A DNA stretch of 64,000 nucleotides from an uncultured Oscillospiraceae bacterium (lineage in GTDB: Bacteria > Bacillota > Clostridia > Oscillospirales > Feifaniaceae), in contig CAYJIE010000001.1 of NCBI GenBank assembly GCA_964370145.1, positions 24,705 to 88,704 on the forward strand, given 5' to 3'. Within the stretch, counting starts at the first letter, position 1, and the number at the start of each line of letters is the position of its first letter. The notes under the pieces were generated by a model that saw only the letters and a program-made list of their open reading frames with translations, did no database searches and was not told where the DNA came from. The position numbers were made by a program, and so were the translations under genes. Positions 39,531 to 49,739 of the stretch are shown piece after piece.

Positions 39531-39559
39531 TTGACAAATGTGGTGACATTTGTTATAAT
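39531..39559 (+). promoter_or_regulatory. consensus sigma-A promoter for tRNA-Leu
   Basis: TTGACA (39531-39536), a 17-nt spacer, then TATAAT (39554-39559). This is 24 nt before the mature tRNA 5' end. Confidence 0.65.
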
Positions 39560-39582
39560 AAATGAGCACTGCCAAGAAATAT

Positions 39583-39669
39583 GCCGCTGTGGTGGAATCG
39601 GCAGACACAAGGGACTTAAAATCCCTCGATAGCAATATCGTACCGGTTCAAGTCCGGTCAGCGGCACCA
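39583..39669 (+). tRNA. tRNA-Leu (anticodon UAA), class II with a long variable arm and an encoded CCA
   Basis: I folded it by hand. The acceptor stem is GCCGCTG/CAGCGGC, and the D arm is GTGGAATCGGCAGACAC. The anticodon stem is AGGGA/TCCCT with loop CTTAAAA. The variable arm is CGATAGCAATATCG, the T arm is ACCGGTTCAAGTCCGGT, and the discriminator A is followed by CCA. Confidence 0.93.
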
Positions 39670-39672
39670 ACC

Positions 39673-39700
39673 AAAACAGACACCATACGGTGTCTGTTTT
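39673..39700 (+). terminator. intrinsic terminator after the tRNA
   Basis: CAGACACC, the loop ATAC, then GGTGTCTG followed by TTTT. Confidence 0.7.
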
Positions 39701-39809
39701 GGCGTATAGATACAAGATAGACGTGGGGCTAAAATATAGCGATTTCAAATATGAACGCGTTCATAGATATAAACGATTTGATGCAACAGGGGGGAGGTTT
39801 TGGAGGAAA

Positions 39810-41003
39810 ATGCTACTATCATTTGGATTGCTGTTTCTAGTGGGGCTTTTTGCGGCTAGCATTTGCCAAAAACTTGGATTGCCACGAATAATAGGTATGC
39901 TTGCGAGCGGAATCGCGCTCGGGCCATATGTGCTCGATTTATTTGATTCAAGTATTTTAGGGATTTCAGCCGATTTGCGGCAAATGGCATTGATAATAAT
40001 ATTGATAAAAGCCGGGCTGACATTGAATATAAGCGACTTAAAACAGGTGGGCAGACCTGCTGTGCTGATGTCATTTCTACCTGCTTGTTTTGAAATCGCC
40101 GCATATTTTCTGTTTGCACCATTCATTTTTGACATTACGCACACGGAGGCATTGGTCATGGGCTCAGTGCTTGCGGCTGTGTCCCCAGCAATTGTCGTTC
40201 CTCGCATGGTAAACTTGATTGAGGCGAAATATGGAACAAAAAAGGGCGTTCCGCAGATGATTTTAGCAGGTGCATCCTGTGACGACGTTTTTGTAATTGT
40301 GATTTTTACGACATTTACGGCAATGGCATCAGGGGAGAATTTGGCGGTGAGCTCGTTGACACATGCGCCAATTGCAATTTTACTGGGAGTTTTTGTGGGT
40401 GGAGTGGCAGGGATTTTGCTAAATGCATTCTTTGAAAGTTGTCACAAACGTGAGAAAGCTGTTAGAAACAGCGTGAAAGTAATAATTATATTAGCGATTT
40501 CATTTGTGTTGATTTCAACTGAACATCAAGTAAATATCCCGTTTTCGGGATTAATTTCCATAGTTATCATGGCATGTATGTACAAATTCAAGGGCTCACA
40601 ACAGGTGATTGAGTCGCTGTCAAAGAAGTTTGGGCGCTTGTGGATTGCCGCTGAAATCGTCCTATTTGTGCTCGTTGGCGCAGTGGTTGACATAGGCTAT
40701 ATGTTGCAAGCAGGCGCACCTGCTATATTGATGATTGCGCTTGGGTTAGCCATTCGCACAATCGGCGTCTTCCTAAGCCTTCTTGGCACAAAACTCAACT
40801 TCAAAGAACGCATATTTTGCATTTTCGCCTATTTGCCAAAGGCGACTGTTCAGGCGGCGATCGGAGCGGTACCTCTTGCAATGGGGCTTTCCTGCGGAGA
40901 TATTGTTCTGTCAGTTGCGATTTGGTCAATCATAATCACAGCACCGCTTGGGGCAATTGCAATTGATTATAGTTATAAAAAACTCTTAAGCAATGATGCG
41001 TGA
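39810..41003 (+). CDS. cation:proton antiporter (Na+/H+ exchanger family, CPA1-like)
   Basis: 397 aa from the ATG at 39810, after GGAGG. It is polytopic and begins MLLSFGLLFLVGLFAASICQKLGLPRIIGMLASGIALGP. The track start at 39690 overlaps the tRNA terminator and is rejected. Confidence 0.8.
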   Translation: MLLSFGLLFLVGLFAASICQKLGLPRIIGMLASGIALGPYVLDLFDSSILGISADLRQMALIIILIKAGLTLNISDLKQVGRPAVLMSFLPACFEIAAYFLFAPFIFDITHTEALVMGSVLAAVSPAIVVPRMVNLIEAKYGTKKGVPQMILAGASCDDVFVIVIFTTFTAMASGENLAVSSLTHAPIAILLGVFVGGVAGILLNAFFESCHKREKAVRNSVKVIIILAISFVLISTEHQVNIPFSGLISIVIMACMYKFKGSQQVIESLSKKFGRLWIAAEIVLFVLVGAVVDIGYMLQAGAPAILMIALGLAIRTIGVFLSLLGTKLNFKERIFCIFAYLPKATVQAAIGAVPLAMGLSCGDIVLSVAIWSIIITAPLGAIAIDYSYKKLLSNDA

Positions 41004-41161
41004 AATGTAAGATAGCAAGTGGGTGCAAAATTACTGTATGAGCGAGTGATTAATTCTTACAAGTCATAAAGAATGCGTGAAGATGAGCCTGGGAAGGCTT
41101 AAACAAAACGGCGCACAGAGATACACCAGCCATGAGAAGACGCAAACATGAAAATAGCGAT

Positions 41162-41197
41162 AAAAAAAGAAGATGTCACTTGTGACATCTTCTTTTT
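41162..41197. terminator. bidirectional terminator between convergent antiporter genes
   Basis: AAAAAAAGAAGATGTCAC, the loop TT, then GTGACATCTTCTTTTT. Confidence 0.7.
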
Positions 41198-41242
41198 CGC
41201 AAGTTAGTTCTCCTACACGGTAATGCAACTAATATCCACAGT

Positions 41243-43168
41243 CTAATTCGTTCCGACAATCAGCAAATAGAGGAGAACGAACAGCAGACCAATTCCAAAC
41301 AGTAGCAAGCTATAAGCCAGCGAATATGTGATGTGGATGGTTTGTTTATGTGTGTCGGAGAACTTTCTCTCTCCGACAAAGAACGATGAGGGGATTTTCA
41401 CTGATTTGTACATCGACCTATTTAATATGACAAACAGCAAATCCATGCTTATATCCACAGCACGAAGCAAAACAGAAAAAACAAAACTAATAATGGCAAG
41501 CAGTGGTTTATAGATGAGATTTTCCACAGTGATATTCGCTGTGCCAAAATCGCGATACCCCATCGTTTTGCTTGCAACGGTGCGCCTTGCGACACCAAAA
41601 TATAAGAACAAACCGATTGCAATTGAGATAAGACTACCTCTTAAGTTAATCCAGATGAAGTAATGAATATCGTCATTTGCGTGGGTATTCATGAAATGCG
41701 AGAGGAAATTCCCAAGGTAGCCGAAGGTGATATTCGGTGTGGTGCCAAGCAAAACAAGTGTTGCGGCAACAAGACTTAGAAGTGCTTTTGTCTTCGTAGA
41801 TGCATATTGCTTTACTACTTTCTCGCCTTCGCCACGCTCGACAAACAGGCAGATGAACAGCTTTAGCATATATGCAAAGGTGAAACCGCCTGCAAGTAAG
41901 AACAGCCACTCAAACACAGTGAATATAGGAAGATACTCGAAATGGATAAGCTCGACCATTGCCTCATGCAGAAGGGTCTTGCTGACATATCCGCTGAAAA
42001 GGGGCACGCCCATAATTGAAAGTGCACCGATGGCAAAACAAATTTTAAGCCAAAGCTTATCTCGCCCAAAGCCACGAAGTTTATTGAGATCAAGTGTATG
42101 CATATTTTGATATACAATACCGGCGAGGCTAAAGAGCAATATTTTTATCAAGCTGTGATTAATCATGTGAAACACAGTGCCATAAGCCGCATAGGTATTA
42201 TGACTGCCAAGCAAATTCGTGAGTGAGACACCCCAGAGAATAAAACCGATTTGCGACACTGAGGAATATGCTAGAGTGCGTTTCAAATCTGTGCTCATGA
42301 ATGCATAGACAGCACCGACTAGCATGTTTAGCAAAGAAATTGCAAGCACTGCATATGAGAACACTTCGCTGTGTGACATCACACGGAGCACAACCAAAAT
42401 TATACCATAGACACCTGTTTTTGTGAGTAGTCCCGAAAGCAGTCCGCTTGCAGGCGCGGGAGACGCTGTGTGTGCAAGGGCGAGCCAATCATGAACCATG
42501 AAGGCACCTGCCTTTGCGCCAAAGCCAATGAACATTAGAATTGCAGCATACAAAAGTCTTGGGTTTTCAGCATGAACTGCAAATGTTTCGCTGAGATTTG
42601 CAATGCTAAGGTCTGGGTTTAGTGAATATAGCAAGAAGATGCCGAACAGGAGTGAGAGTCCGCCGAACACGGCGTAAGCAAGATAACTCTTGCCTGCGAC
42701 AACGGATTTTTCATCGGCATTGTGCACCACCCAGAGATAGCTTGCAAAGGACATGATTTCAAAGAAAACGAAGAGCGTGAACAAGTCACTTGCGTAGAAC
42801 ACGCCCAAAGCACCTGCGAAAGTGACGAGTAGTGAGCTGTAATATCTTGAGAGATTGTCTGCATGATGTGAGAAGTACTCTTTAGTTTCAACTGCGCTTA
42901 TCAGCCAGAGCACGCTCGCAATCACAGCGAAAACCACGCTAAACTCATTTGCGGCAAACGAAATCCCAAAGCCCGAGAAAAGAGGGAGGGAGAACGTAGG
43001 CATATGCGCGTCGAAATTAACAAAAGCAAGTAAATTTACAGCGAGCACAAGCGTGATTGTTGTGCAACTTAGCCCCCATAGGGTATTTTCTTTTTTAATT
43101 ATTGCCAGAGCGAAGCCGAAAATCAGAACCGCAAAGACGGAAAAAGCAAGTATCATATTTATATCCAT
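41243..43168 (-). CDS. NuoL/MrpA-like proton-conducting membrane subunit with a C-terminal extension
   Basis: 641 aa with FFEIMSFASYLWVV (TM5 Glu), GFGAKAGAFMVHDWL (TM7 Lys) and NHSLIKILLF (TM12 Lys). About 170 additional C-terminal residues contain more TM helices. Confidence 0.8.
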   Translation of the reverse strand: MDINMILAFSVFAVLIFGFALAIIKKENTLWGLSCTTITLVLAVNLLAFVNFDAHMPTFSLPLFSGFGISFAANEFSVVFAVIASVLWLISAVETKEYFSHHADNLSRYYSSLLVTFAGALGVFYASDLFTLFVFFEIMSFASYLWVVHNADEKSVVAGKSYLAYAVFGGLSLLFGIFLLYSLNPDLSIANLSETFAVHAENPRLLYAAILMFIGFGAKAGAFMVHDWLALAHTASPAPASGLLSGLLTKTGVYGIILVVLRVMSHSEVFSYAVLAISLLNMLVGAVYAFMSTDLKRTLAYSSVSQIGFILWGVSLTNLLGSHNTYAAYGTVFHMINHSLIKILLFSLAGIVYQNMHTLDLNKLRGFGRDKLWLKICFAIGALSIMGVPLFSGYVSKTLLHEAMVELIHFEYLPIFTVFEWLFLLAGGFTFAYMLKLFICLFVERGEGEKVVKQYASTKTKALLSLVAATLVLLGTTPNITFGYLGNFLSHFMNTHANDDIHYFIWINLRGSLISIAIGLFLYFGVARRTVASKTMGYRDFGTANITVENLIYKPLLAIISFVFSVLLRAVDISMDLLFVILNRSMYKSVKIPSSFFVGERKFSDTHKQTIHITYSLAYSLLLFGIGLLFVLLYLLIVGTN

Positions 43169-43169
43169 T

Positions 43170-44621
43170 TTACTGCCCTCCTAAAATCTTCAGCATAAAT
43201 GTATAGATTTGACTTGAAAACAGCGACGCAACCACCATGACAGAGGTTATTGCAGTGACTGCAAAGGTCATCTCTTTTGGAGCCTCTTGCACTTTAGCGA
43301 GATGCTCCTCTCCTAAATCATTATGTGGCACGAAGGCGAGGACTACAAGTTGCAGAAGATACATCGCTGTTAGCAGAGCCGACACCATGAGTGCGAGCAC
43401 TCCAGCAAATCCAATATTGTCCTCAACGGCGATAACAGCGCTTGCAATTTGGAATTTCGATGAAAACCCACCGAAAGGCGGAATGCCAATGAGCGCTAAT
43501 GAACTAAGAGTAAACGCAATAAAAGTGAGTTGCATTTTTTTGCCATATCCCTCAATGTCACGAACATATTCCGCATGATTGACATACATCACATTACCTG
43601 CTGTGTAGAAAATGACGATTTTAACGAGCGCATGGAACACGATGTGAAACAGTGCCGCAATCAGCCCTGCCGTGGACATCGCAGTCACTGCAAGCATGAT
43701 ATAGGAGAGTTGGCTGACGGTTGAATAGGCAAAGCGGCGCTTAAGATGTTTGTTTTTTAGCGCCATAGACGAGCCATAGATGATGGTGATGATACACATA
43801 ACCATGACAAAACTCTGTGCAATTGTGCCATAGAGATATTCTTCATCAAAGAGATAATATGTCACACGAAGTGTGGCAAAGGCGCCAGATTTAACCACCG
43901 CAACGGCGTGCAGTAGAGCGGTTACAGGCGTTGGCGCAACACCTGCAGATATTAGCCAGTTGTGGAAGGGGAAGATGCCGGCTTTTACGCCAAATCCCAT
44001 AAACATAAAAATATAGGCGAGATAAAGATATGTATTCGGCGGCATATTTGCAAAAACGCCCGAGTTAAACTCCCAAGTACCAGCGAAATTTAGAAAGAGC
44101 ATCATGCCCATGAACGAGAGAGCGGCACCGCCGACAGAATAGTAGATATATCGTTTTGCAGCGAACAAATCCTTTTCTTTTCCGCCGTGTACGACGAGTG
44201 GTAAGGTGACAAAGGTAAGTAGCTCAAAGCAAAGATACATTGTGAGCAAATTTGCGGCACATGCAAAGGCGATTACAACCCCAAATGTCATTATGTAAAA
44301 GGCGAAAAACTTTGATTCGCCCCCCTCATGGGTCATATACTTCGTCGCATATAGTGACGCAAGTGGCCACAAAAAGCTTATTAAAGCAACGAAAATCAGT
44401 GCGGCACCATCGATGCGGAATGAAAAACTCATGACATCGGTGTGACGCAAAAGAATGATATGCTCATCGTACAGCAGTGCAAGCATTATAAAAGTTGCAA
44501 GTGAAACTATGCAAGTGAAGATAAAGCCCTTTTTCATAACTACAGCTTGCGAGTCTTTTTTGAACATCATGATGCCCAGAATTACAGAGAGTAAAGAAGG
44601 GAGTAAAATTATATAATTCAT
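43170..44621 (-). CDS. MrpD/NuoM/N-like antiporter subunit (third tandem copy)
   Basis: 483 aa with CFELLTFVTLPLVV, GFGVKAGIFPFHNWL and FHALVKIVIF. Confidence 0.8.
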   Translation of the reverse strand: MNYIILLPSLLSVILGIMMFKKDSQAVVMKKGFIFTCIVSLATFIMLALLYDEHIILLRHTDVMSFSFRIDGAALIFVALISFLWPLASLYATKYMTHEGGESKFFAFYIMTFGVVIAFACAANLLTMYLCFELLTFVTLPLVVHGGKEKDLFAAKRYIYYSVGGAALSFMGMMLFLNFAGTWEFNSGVFANMPPNTYLYLAYIFMFMGFGVKAGIFPFHNWLISAGVAPTPVTALLHAVAVVKSGAFATLRVTYYLFDEEYLYGTIAQSFVMVMCIITIIYGSSMALKNKHLKRRFAYSTVSQLSYIMLAVTAMSTAGLIAALFHIVFHALVKIVIFYTAGNVMYVNHAEYVRDIEGYGKKMQLTFIAFTLSSLALIGIPPFGGFSSKFQIASAVIAVEDNIGFAGVLALMVSALLTAMYLLQLVVLAFVPHNDLGEEHLAKVQEAPKEMTFAVTAITSVMVVASLFSSQIYTFMLKILGGQ

Positions 44622-46081
44622 ACGGCACCCCCTAAGCTAAGAAGTTCGGCGATTGAGCTGATGAAATTTATCACAGGCATCGGATAAACACCAATTGCGA
44701 TTATGCCAAAGGCGAGAACAAGCATGGGAACTAGCATATTCTTCTCAATGGGTTCTTTGCCGAAAACCATCTCTTCTTTTTTTGCAAAAAAAGCTTTTGC
44801 GACAGGAGTGAAGAGATATTGTGCTGTGAGCAGTGCGGAGAGCATGATAATTAGTACGCCGAAAATGCCAATCATGTCATAGCTTAAAGCGCCTTCTGCA
44901 AGATACCATTTCGAGACAAAGCCACCTGTGAGCGGAATTCCAACGAGTGATAGCCCACCAATTGCAAGCATTATGAAAACGGGTTTTAGCTTGTTTCCAA
45001 GTCCATAAATTTCATCAACTCGACTAAAATGAGTTTTGAAGATTATTGTGCCTGCCACGATGAACAACAGGCATTTTGCCATTGCGTGGAAAAGCACTTG
45101 AAGCAGTGCGCCTGTAAATCCTGCTGTATTCATGAGAAAAAGTCCGAACAACACATATGATACTTGGCTGACGGAGGAGTAGGCGAGGCGTTTTTTTATA
45201 ATCACCTCTCTTGTTGCAAGCATGGAGCCCATGATTATTGTAAGCAAGGCGATTATTATAAGTGCTGTTTGCACCCATGTGCCACCAAGGATATCCACGC
45301 CTACAAAATAGTATATCATTCTTAGGATTGCGACGACCCCTGCTTTTGTGACAAGTCCTGAGAGGACTGCGGAGGCAGGCGCCGGTGCGACGGGATGGGC
45401 GGCGGCAAGCCAGCTGTGCAGTGGATATAGCCCTGCTTTGCAGCCAAAGCCGAGTATTGCAAAAAATGTTATAAGCAGAACGCCGTCGCGATCTCGTATC
45501 GCCGCAATTTCTACTAGTCCACCGGCGATAAAATCGGGGTTTGGCACCTGCGCATATAGATAGATGATGGCGACTAGCCCAAGGGACGCGCCGAAAATTG
45601 AGTAGTAGATGAATTTTCTGCCAGCTAAAAGGCTCTCATTGCTTTTCTCATGGATAACCATGACGAAAGCTGACATTGAAAGTATTTCAAAGAAGCTGTA
45701 CATAGTGGCAGGATTATTTGCATAAAACACGCCTAAAAGTGCGCCCAGTGACATGAGATAAAAGCCGAAAAAACGTCTATGCTCATATGAATGTGACATG
45801 TAGCCTGTGGCGTATTTACCAATAATAAGCCAGATTATCGAGGCGATGCTTGTGAAAAACACGGCGATTTCATCAATCTTAAAGCTATATGTTATATTCA
45901 AAACAAGTTTTAAGAATGTGACTTGCTCCCCAAAAAACATTAAGTTTCCACCGATTGTGCACAGTGCAGTAATTGCAAGGGTGACGAGGGACACTCTGTA
46001 TACCTCTTTGCTTTCAAATTTTGAAAACAACATAAAGATACCCGCGGCGAAGGGGAAAAATACTGATATTAAGCTGGTCAT
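44618..46081 (-). CDS. MrpD/NuoM/N-like antiporter subunit (second tandem copy)
   Basis: 487 aa with FFEILSMSAFVMVI, GFGCKAGLYPLHSWLAAAHPVAPAPASAVLSG and FHAMAKCLLF. Confidence 0.8.
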   Translation of the reverse strand: MTSLISVFFPFAAGIFMLFSKFESKEVYRVSLVTLAITALCTIGGNLMFFGEQVTFLKLVLNITYSFKIDEIAVFFTSIASIIWLIIGKYATGYMSHSYEHRRFFGFYLMSLGALLGVFYANNPATMYSFFEILSMSAFVMVIHEKSNESLLAGRKFIYYSIFGASLGLVAIIYLYAQVPNPDFIAGGLVEIAAIRDRDGVLLITFFAILGFGCKAGLYPLHSWLAAAHPVAPAPASAVLSGLVTKAGVVAILRMIYYFVGVDILGGTWVQTALIIIALLTIIMGSMLATREVIIKKRLAYSSVSQVSYVLFGLFLMNTAGFTGALLQVLFHAMAKCLLFIVAGTIIFKTHFSRVDEIYGLGNKLKPVFIMLAIGGLSLVGIPLTGGFVSKWYLAEGALSYDMIGIFGVLIIMLSALLTAQYLFTPVAKAFFAKKEEMVFGKEPIEKNMLVPMLVLAFGIIAIGVYPMPVINFISSIAELLSLGGAV

Positions 46082-46093
46082 AAATCCCCCTTC

Positions 46094-47575
46094 CTAAAGC
46101 ACATCAAGACCATGTGCAATTATAGTTATTATCGGCTCGTAGAAAAGACCGAGAGCGACATTGAGTGCAATGAAGGCAGTCATTGCCATATTATAGTTAA
46201 TGTGATTTTTGTGGCGCTCTTGTCTACTTTCATCTTTTGTATATATTGTAATAAGAACTCGTGAGAAATACACAGCATTTAAGACAGTGCTAATTGCAAG
46301 GGCAAGCATGACCGGCCACATGGCGGAGCCGTCGCGAATTGCGGCGAGTGAGAGCGAATATTTACCGACAAAGCCCGAAAAGAGCGGAATTCCGATCATT
46401 GAGAGCGCCCCGATGGTAAAACCAAGGGCGGCAATCGGATTTCTATACGCAGAGCCTCTTAAGTCTTTTATGATTTTGCTGTTGTCCGATGTGATCATCA
46501 GCCCTTCAAGGGAGCAAAACAACATGGATTTTGTAAGGGCATGGGACACGATTACAAAGCATGAGGCGAGTATGCCCTCATTTGTGGCGAGACCGATTCC
46601 TGCGTAAATATAGCCCATTTGTCCGACGGAGGAATACGCAAGCATACGCTTGATATTTGGCTCACGCACAGCATCCACCGAGCCGATAATGATGGCAAGA
46701 CAGCCTAAGATGAGAAAGACACTTCCGACTTGAAGTTCATTCGTATAGCTAATTCCAAATACCCTATATATAATTTTTATCAGCAAGATGACATAGCCCT
46801 TTACGACTAGCCCTGAGGAAATCGCATTTGACATATTCATCGCATTATTATAGGTATGGCTCATCCAAGTGTGGAAAGGATACAGCGCTGATTTGATTGC
46901 AATACCGACGCATAGCAGACCTGCGATAATTGTAATCGGCAGTGTATATGCGCCTGTGTCAATCAAAACTTGCAGTGAATCCTTGATGTTGGGCATTAGA
47001 AGATGCCCTGTAAGGTCATAGAGCAAGATAATTGCTACGAGATAAAGACCAGAGCCCAAGAGGCTATTAAGCAGATACTTAATCGTTGCGCCAATTGTCT
47101 TGCCATTCTCTTTCGCCATGACAAGCCCGCAAGCGCAGAGTGTGTTAATCTCAATAAAGACATATGCCGTAAAGAGGTCATTTGTGTAAGTCAGTGCATA
47201 TAAACTTGAGAGCATGAGGCTCATCATAAGATAGAGCAAGTTAATTTTGTTTGGCTTTACATTGAGAAAAATTCGCTCTCTCTCGCCAACGACGATGAGA
47301 AGCATAACAATGCTTATGACGGTGCCGATAAGCACTTCAAGTGGGCCAAAGCGAATTTCATTTCCCCAAGGAGCAGGAAAATGCCCCATTAGATATGTTA
47401 TTGACTGTGGATTTTGCATCATGTATATGAGCAGTGACAATGACATTATTGTACACATCGTTGCGATGAATAGCATGAAACGATATGCATTTTTACCATT
47501 TAAGACCGAGCACACAACACCACCCACCATGGTCAGCAATATACAGAAAAAAGGGAAGTTTGCAACAAAAGGCAT
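46094..47575 (-). CDS. MrpD/NuoN-like antiporter subunit (first and most divergent tandem copy)
   Basis: 493 aa with FIEINTLCACGLV, GIAIKSALYPFHTWM and SHALTKSMLF. Confidence 0.75.
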   Translation of the reverse strand: MPFVANFPFFCILLTMVGGVVCSVLNGKNAYRFMLFIATMCTIMSLSLLIYMMQNPQSITYLMGHFPAPWGNEIRFGPLEVLIGTVISIVMLLIVVGERERIFLNVKPNKINLLYLMMSLMLSSLYALTYTNDLFTAYVFIEINTLCACGLVMAKENGKTIGATIKYLLNSLLGSGLYLVAIILLYDLTGHLLMPNIKDSLQVLIDTGAYTLPITIIAGLLCVGIAIKSALYPFHTWMSHTYNNAMNMSNAISSGLVVKGYVILLIKIIYRVFGISYTNELQVGSVFLILGCLAIIIGSVDAVREPNIKRMLAYSSVGQMGYIYAGIGLATNEGILASCFVIVSHALTKSMLFCSLEGLMITSDNSKIIKDLRGSAYRNPIAALGFTIGALSMIGIPLFSGFVGKYSLSLAAIRDGSAMWPVMLALAISTVLNAVYFSRVLITIYTKDESRQERHKNHINYNMAMTAFIALNVALGLFYEPIITIIAHGLDVL

Positions 47576-47949
47576 CAGTGCACCTCCTTGCCGACTCTAA
47601 CGATGATTTCGTCAAGGTCGAGCGTGTGGTAATCCCTGTATAGCTTTGTAATTAGGGAAAGTGAGACGGCGGTGATGGACACCGATACGACAATACCTGT
47701 TAGAACCAGTCCACTCGGGATCGGGTTTATATATGTCTCGAAGTCTGTCACACCATCGACGACAATCGGTGCAAGTCGCCCCTCGATATAGCCTTTTGCG
47801 GCAAGGAAAAGATAGACAGCGCCGTCCATGATGTTTAGTCCGATGACTTTTTTGATAAGATTTTTTTGCAGCAACAAATTTGTAAATCCAATTCCAAAGA
47901 GGATCATTGCAATTGTCTCATAATAGTTGCTAAGCAGATTTGGGCCCAT
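47575..47949 (-). CDS. MrpC/MnhC (NuoK-like) subunit
   Basis: 124 aa from the ATG at 47949, which overlaps the upstream stop in a TAATG arrangement. It has three TM helices and the motif NLIKKVIGLNIMDGAVYLF. Confidence 0.75.
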   Translation of the reverse strand: MGPNLLSNYYETIAMILFGIGFTNLLLQKNLIKKVIGLNIMDGAVYLFLAAKGYIEGRLAPIVVDGVTDFETYINPIPSGLVLTGIVVSVSITAVSLSLITKLYRDYHTLDLDEIIVRVGKEVH

Positions 47950-48854
47950 TACACTTCCCCCTTTGTAAACAGTGAATAAAAGCTGTAAATTGTGCAAGTT
48001 ACGATTAATCCCACACAGATATTAAGTGGCAGAATTAGACCTGCAGATAAAATATCTCCCGCTTCGCCAAGTGGGAACCCCGTTGGAATATGGTTTGCAC
48101 CGGTGAAAAAGGAATATCCCTTAGCCACAGCATAAAAAGAGAGCGAGACAAAGGTGACGGTTTTGACAAACTTCTCTGTAATCACCTTGCTTATAGTCTT
48201 ATAGCCATATGCCGAGGAGTACAAAATTAAGCTAGCCCCCATAAGAGCGCCACCGCTAAAGCCGCCGCCTGGTGAAATGTGCCCGTTTAGGACGAGATAT
48301 ATACCGAAAATCAATACAAAGGGGATTACATATTTAGCGACATTTTTTACAATGGGGTCACGAGGAATGGGCTTATAATTTTTTGGTGAAACTGTTTTTT
48401 TCTCCTCTTTTTCACGGTCACTGCGCATGAGAAACATCACGCATGCTGACGAAGTGAACAACACAGCAGATTCGCCAAATGTGTCAAAAGCACGATAATC
48501 CAAAATCATACCCGCAACGATGTTGACAGCACCAGTTTCCTCAAGCCCCTTTTCTATATAACGTCTGCTGACTTCATTGTTAACAGGGTTGTCGGGATTT
48601 CCGTATTCAGGGAGGAAGGAGACAGTGACAAGTAGCACGATGATGACAGCGGCACAAATAAGTCCGCTGGCAACACGATAAATCGCATTGAAAAAGGCGG
48701 TTGCCTTTGTGTCGTGCCACACTTGATATCGCTCTTGAATGGTATCTTCATGATGTGTCGTATCTCGGCGTGGTGCCTTGGGTTTTCGCTTTGTAACAAT
48801 GTTGAGGTCGCCATTGGCAAAGTGCTCAAGACTCGCTAAAATCTTAGATTTCAT
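47949..48854 (-). CDS. MrpB/MnhB-domain subunit with a ~60-aa hydrophilic N-terminal extension
   Basis: 301 aa with the MnhB hallmark GAVNIVAGMILDYRAFDTFGE. Confidence 0.75.
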   Translation of the reverse strand: MKSKILASLEHFANGDLNIVTKRKPKAPRRDTTHHEDTIQERYQVWHDTKATAFFNAIYRVASGLICAAVIIVLLVTVSFLPEYGNPDNPVNNEVSRRYIEKGLEETGAVNIVAGMILDYRAFDTFGESAVLFTSSACVMFLMRSDREKEEKKTVSPKNYKPIPRDPIVKNVAKYVIPFVLIFGIYLVLNGHISPGGGFSGGALMGASLILYSSAYGYKTISKVITEKFVKTVTFVSLSFYAVAKGYSFFTGANHIPTGFPLGEAGDILSAGLILPLNICVGLIVTCTIYSFYSLFTKGEV

Positions 48855-49110
48855 CGTCGAAATTTTCCCCCTCTTCTTTTAGTCTGTTTATGTTCTGCAA
48901 AGTCACGAAAAACAGCGTACTCGTGACACCTGCGCCGACAGCCGCTTCTGTGATTGCAAGGTCAGGCGAGCGAAGAAGGAGCCAAAGCACGCTGACTACA
49001 AGGCTGTATGACATGAAGATGACGACAGTGGATAATAAATTTTTTGTCAGTGACACTGCAATTGCGCAAACAAGCAAAAAAGTGAGTAGGATTGTCTCAA
49101 AGGTAATCAT
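48844..49110 (-). CDS. small MbhD/DUF4040-like subunit, equivalent to the MrpA C-terminal segment
   Basis: 88 aa with three TM helices and the motif SPDLAITEAAVGAGVT. Confidence 0.65.
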   Translation of the reverse strand: MITFETILLTFLLVCAIAVSLTKNLLSTVVIFMSYSLVVSVLWLLLRSPDLAITEAAVGAGVTSTLFFVTLQNINRLKEEGENFDDEI

Positions 49111-49420
49111 TGTCTATAACCTCCACCTTATCTGTAATTTCGTCGTCAGACACGATTTCTGTCCTTGCAAGGAAGTGTGATGCCACAGGATTTGCAAACC
49201 ACAAAAATGCGATGACTAAAATTAGCTTTATACCGAGAATATCAAGTCCTGTGTAAAGCAGTAGGGAGAGAATGATGAACATCGCCCCAAGCGTATCTGA
49301 AATGGAGGCGACTTGCATACGATTTAATATATAGCTATATTTGAAGTTGCCATATACTGAAATTGTGATTACTATCAAGCCAATTAGCATAAAAATTGCG
49401 CTTAAAACAAATCTAATCAT
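49097..49420 (-). CDS. MrpG/MnhG subunit
   Basis: 107 aa with ASISDTLGA and NPVASHFLAR. Confidence 0.75.
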   Translation of the reverse strand: MIRFVLSAIFMLIGLIVITISVYGNFKYSYILNRMQVASISDTLGAMFIILSLLLYTGLDILGIKLILVIAFLWFANPVASHFLARTEIVSDDEITDKVEVIDNDYL

Positions 49421-49739
49421 GTTTTTTTGCCTCCCTTAGATTGTCAAAATCATGCTCGCGATCTCGCTTATGATTTCTAAGATATGCCTTGCAGACGATG
49501 ACAACTGTGACGAAGCCCAAAATCGCATATATCAAAGCGACATCGACGATATATTGCTCAAGTTGCATGACGGCGATGATGCAAATGAGAAGAATGACAA
49601 GGGTGCTTATGCTGTTGATACCGACAATTCGGTCGAAGAAGTTCGGCCCGATTACAGCGCGAAATAAATAGGCGAATAAGAGGAGTGACAGATATATTGC
49701 TCCGCCTATGAACAGATAGTTATATAAAATATCAACCAT
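49413..49739 (-). CDS. MrpF/MnhF subunit
   Basis: 108 aa with RAVIGPNFFDRIVGINSIST and VDVALIYAILGFV. Confidence 0.75.
   Translation of the reverse strand: MVDILYNYLFIGGAIYLSLLLFAYLFRAVIGPNFFDRIVGINSISTLVILLICIIAVMQLEQYIVDVALIYAILGFVTVVIVCKAYLRNHKRDREHDFDNLREAKKHD

Noticed and set aside
39470-39748. 92-aa minus-strand ORF, and the 39690 start of the plus-strand antiporter ORF.
   Set aside because: Both run through the tRNA-Leu gene and/or its terminator. The antiporter has a good RBS and a hydrophobic N-terminus at 39810.
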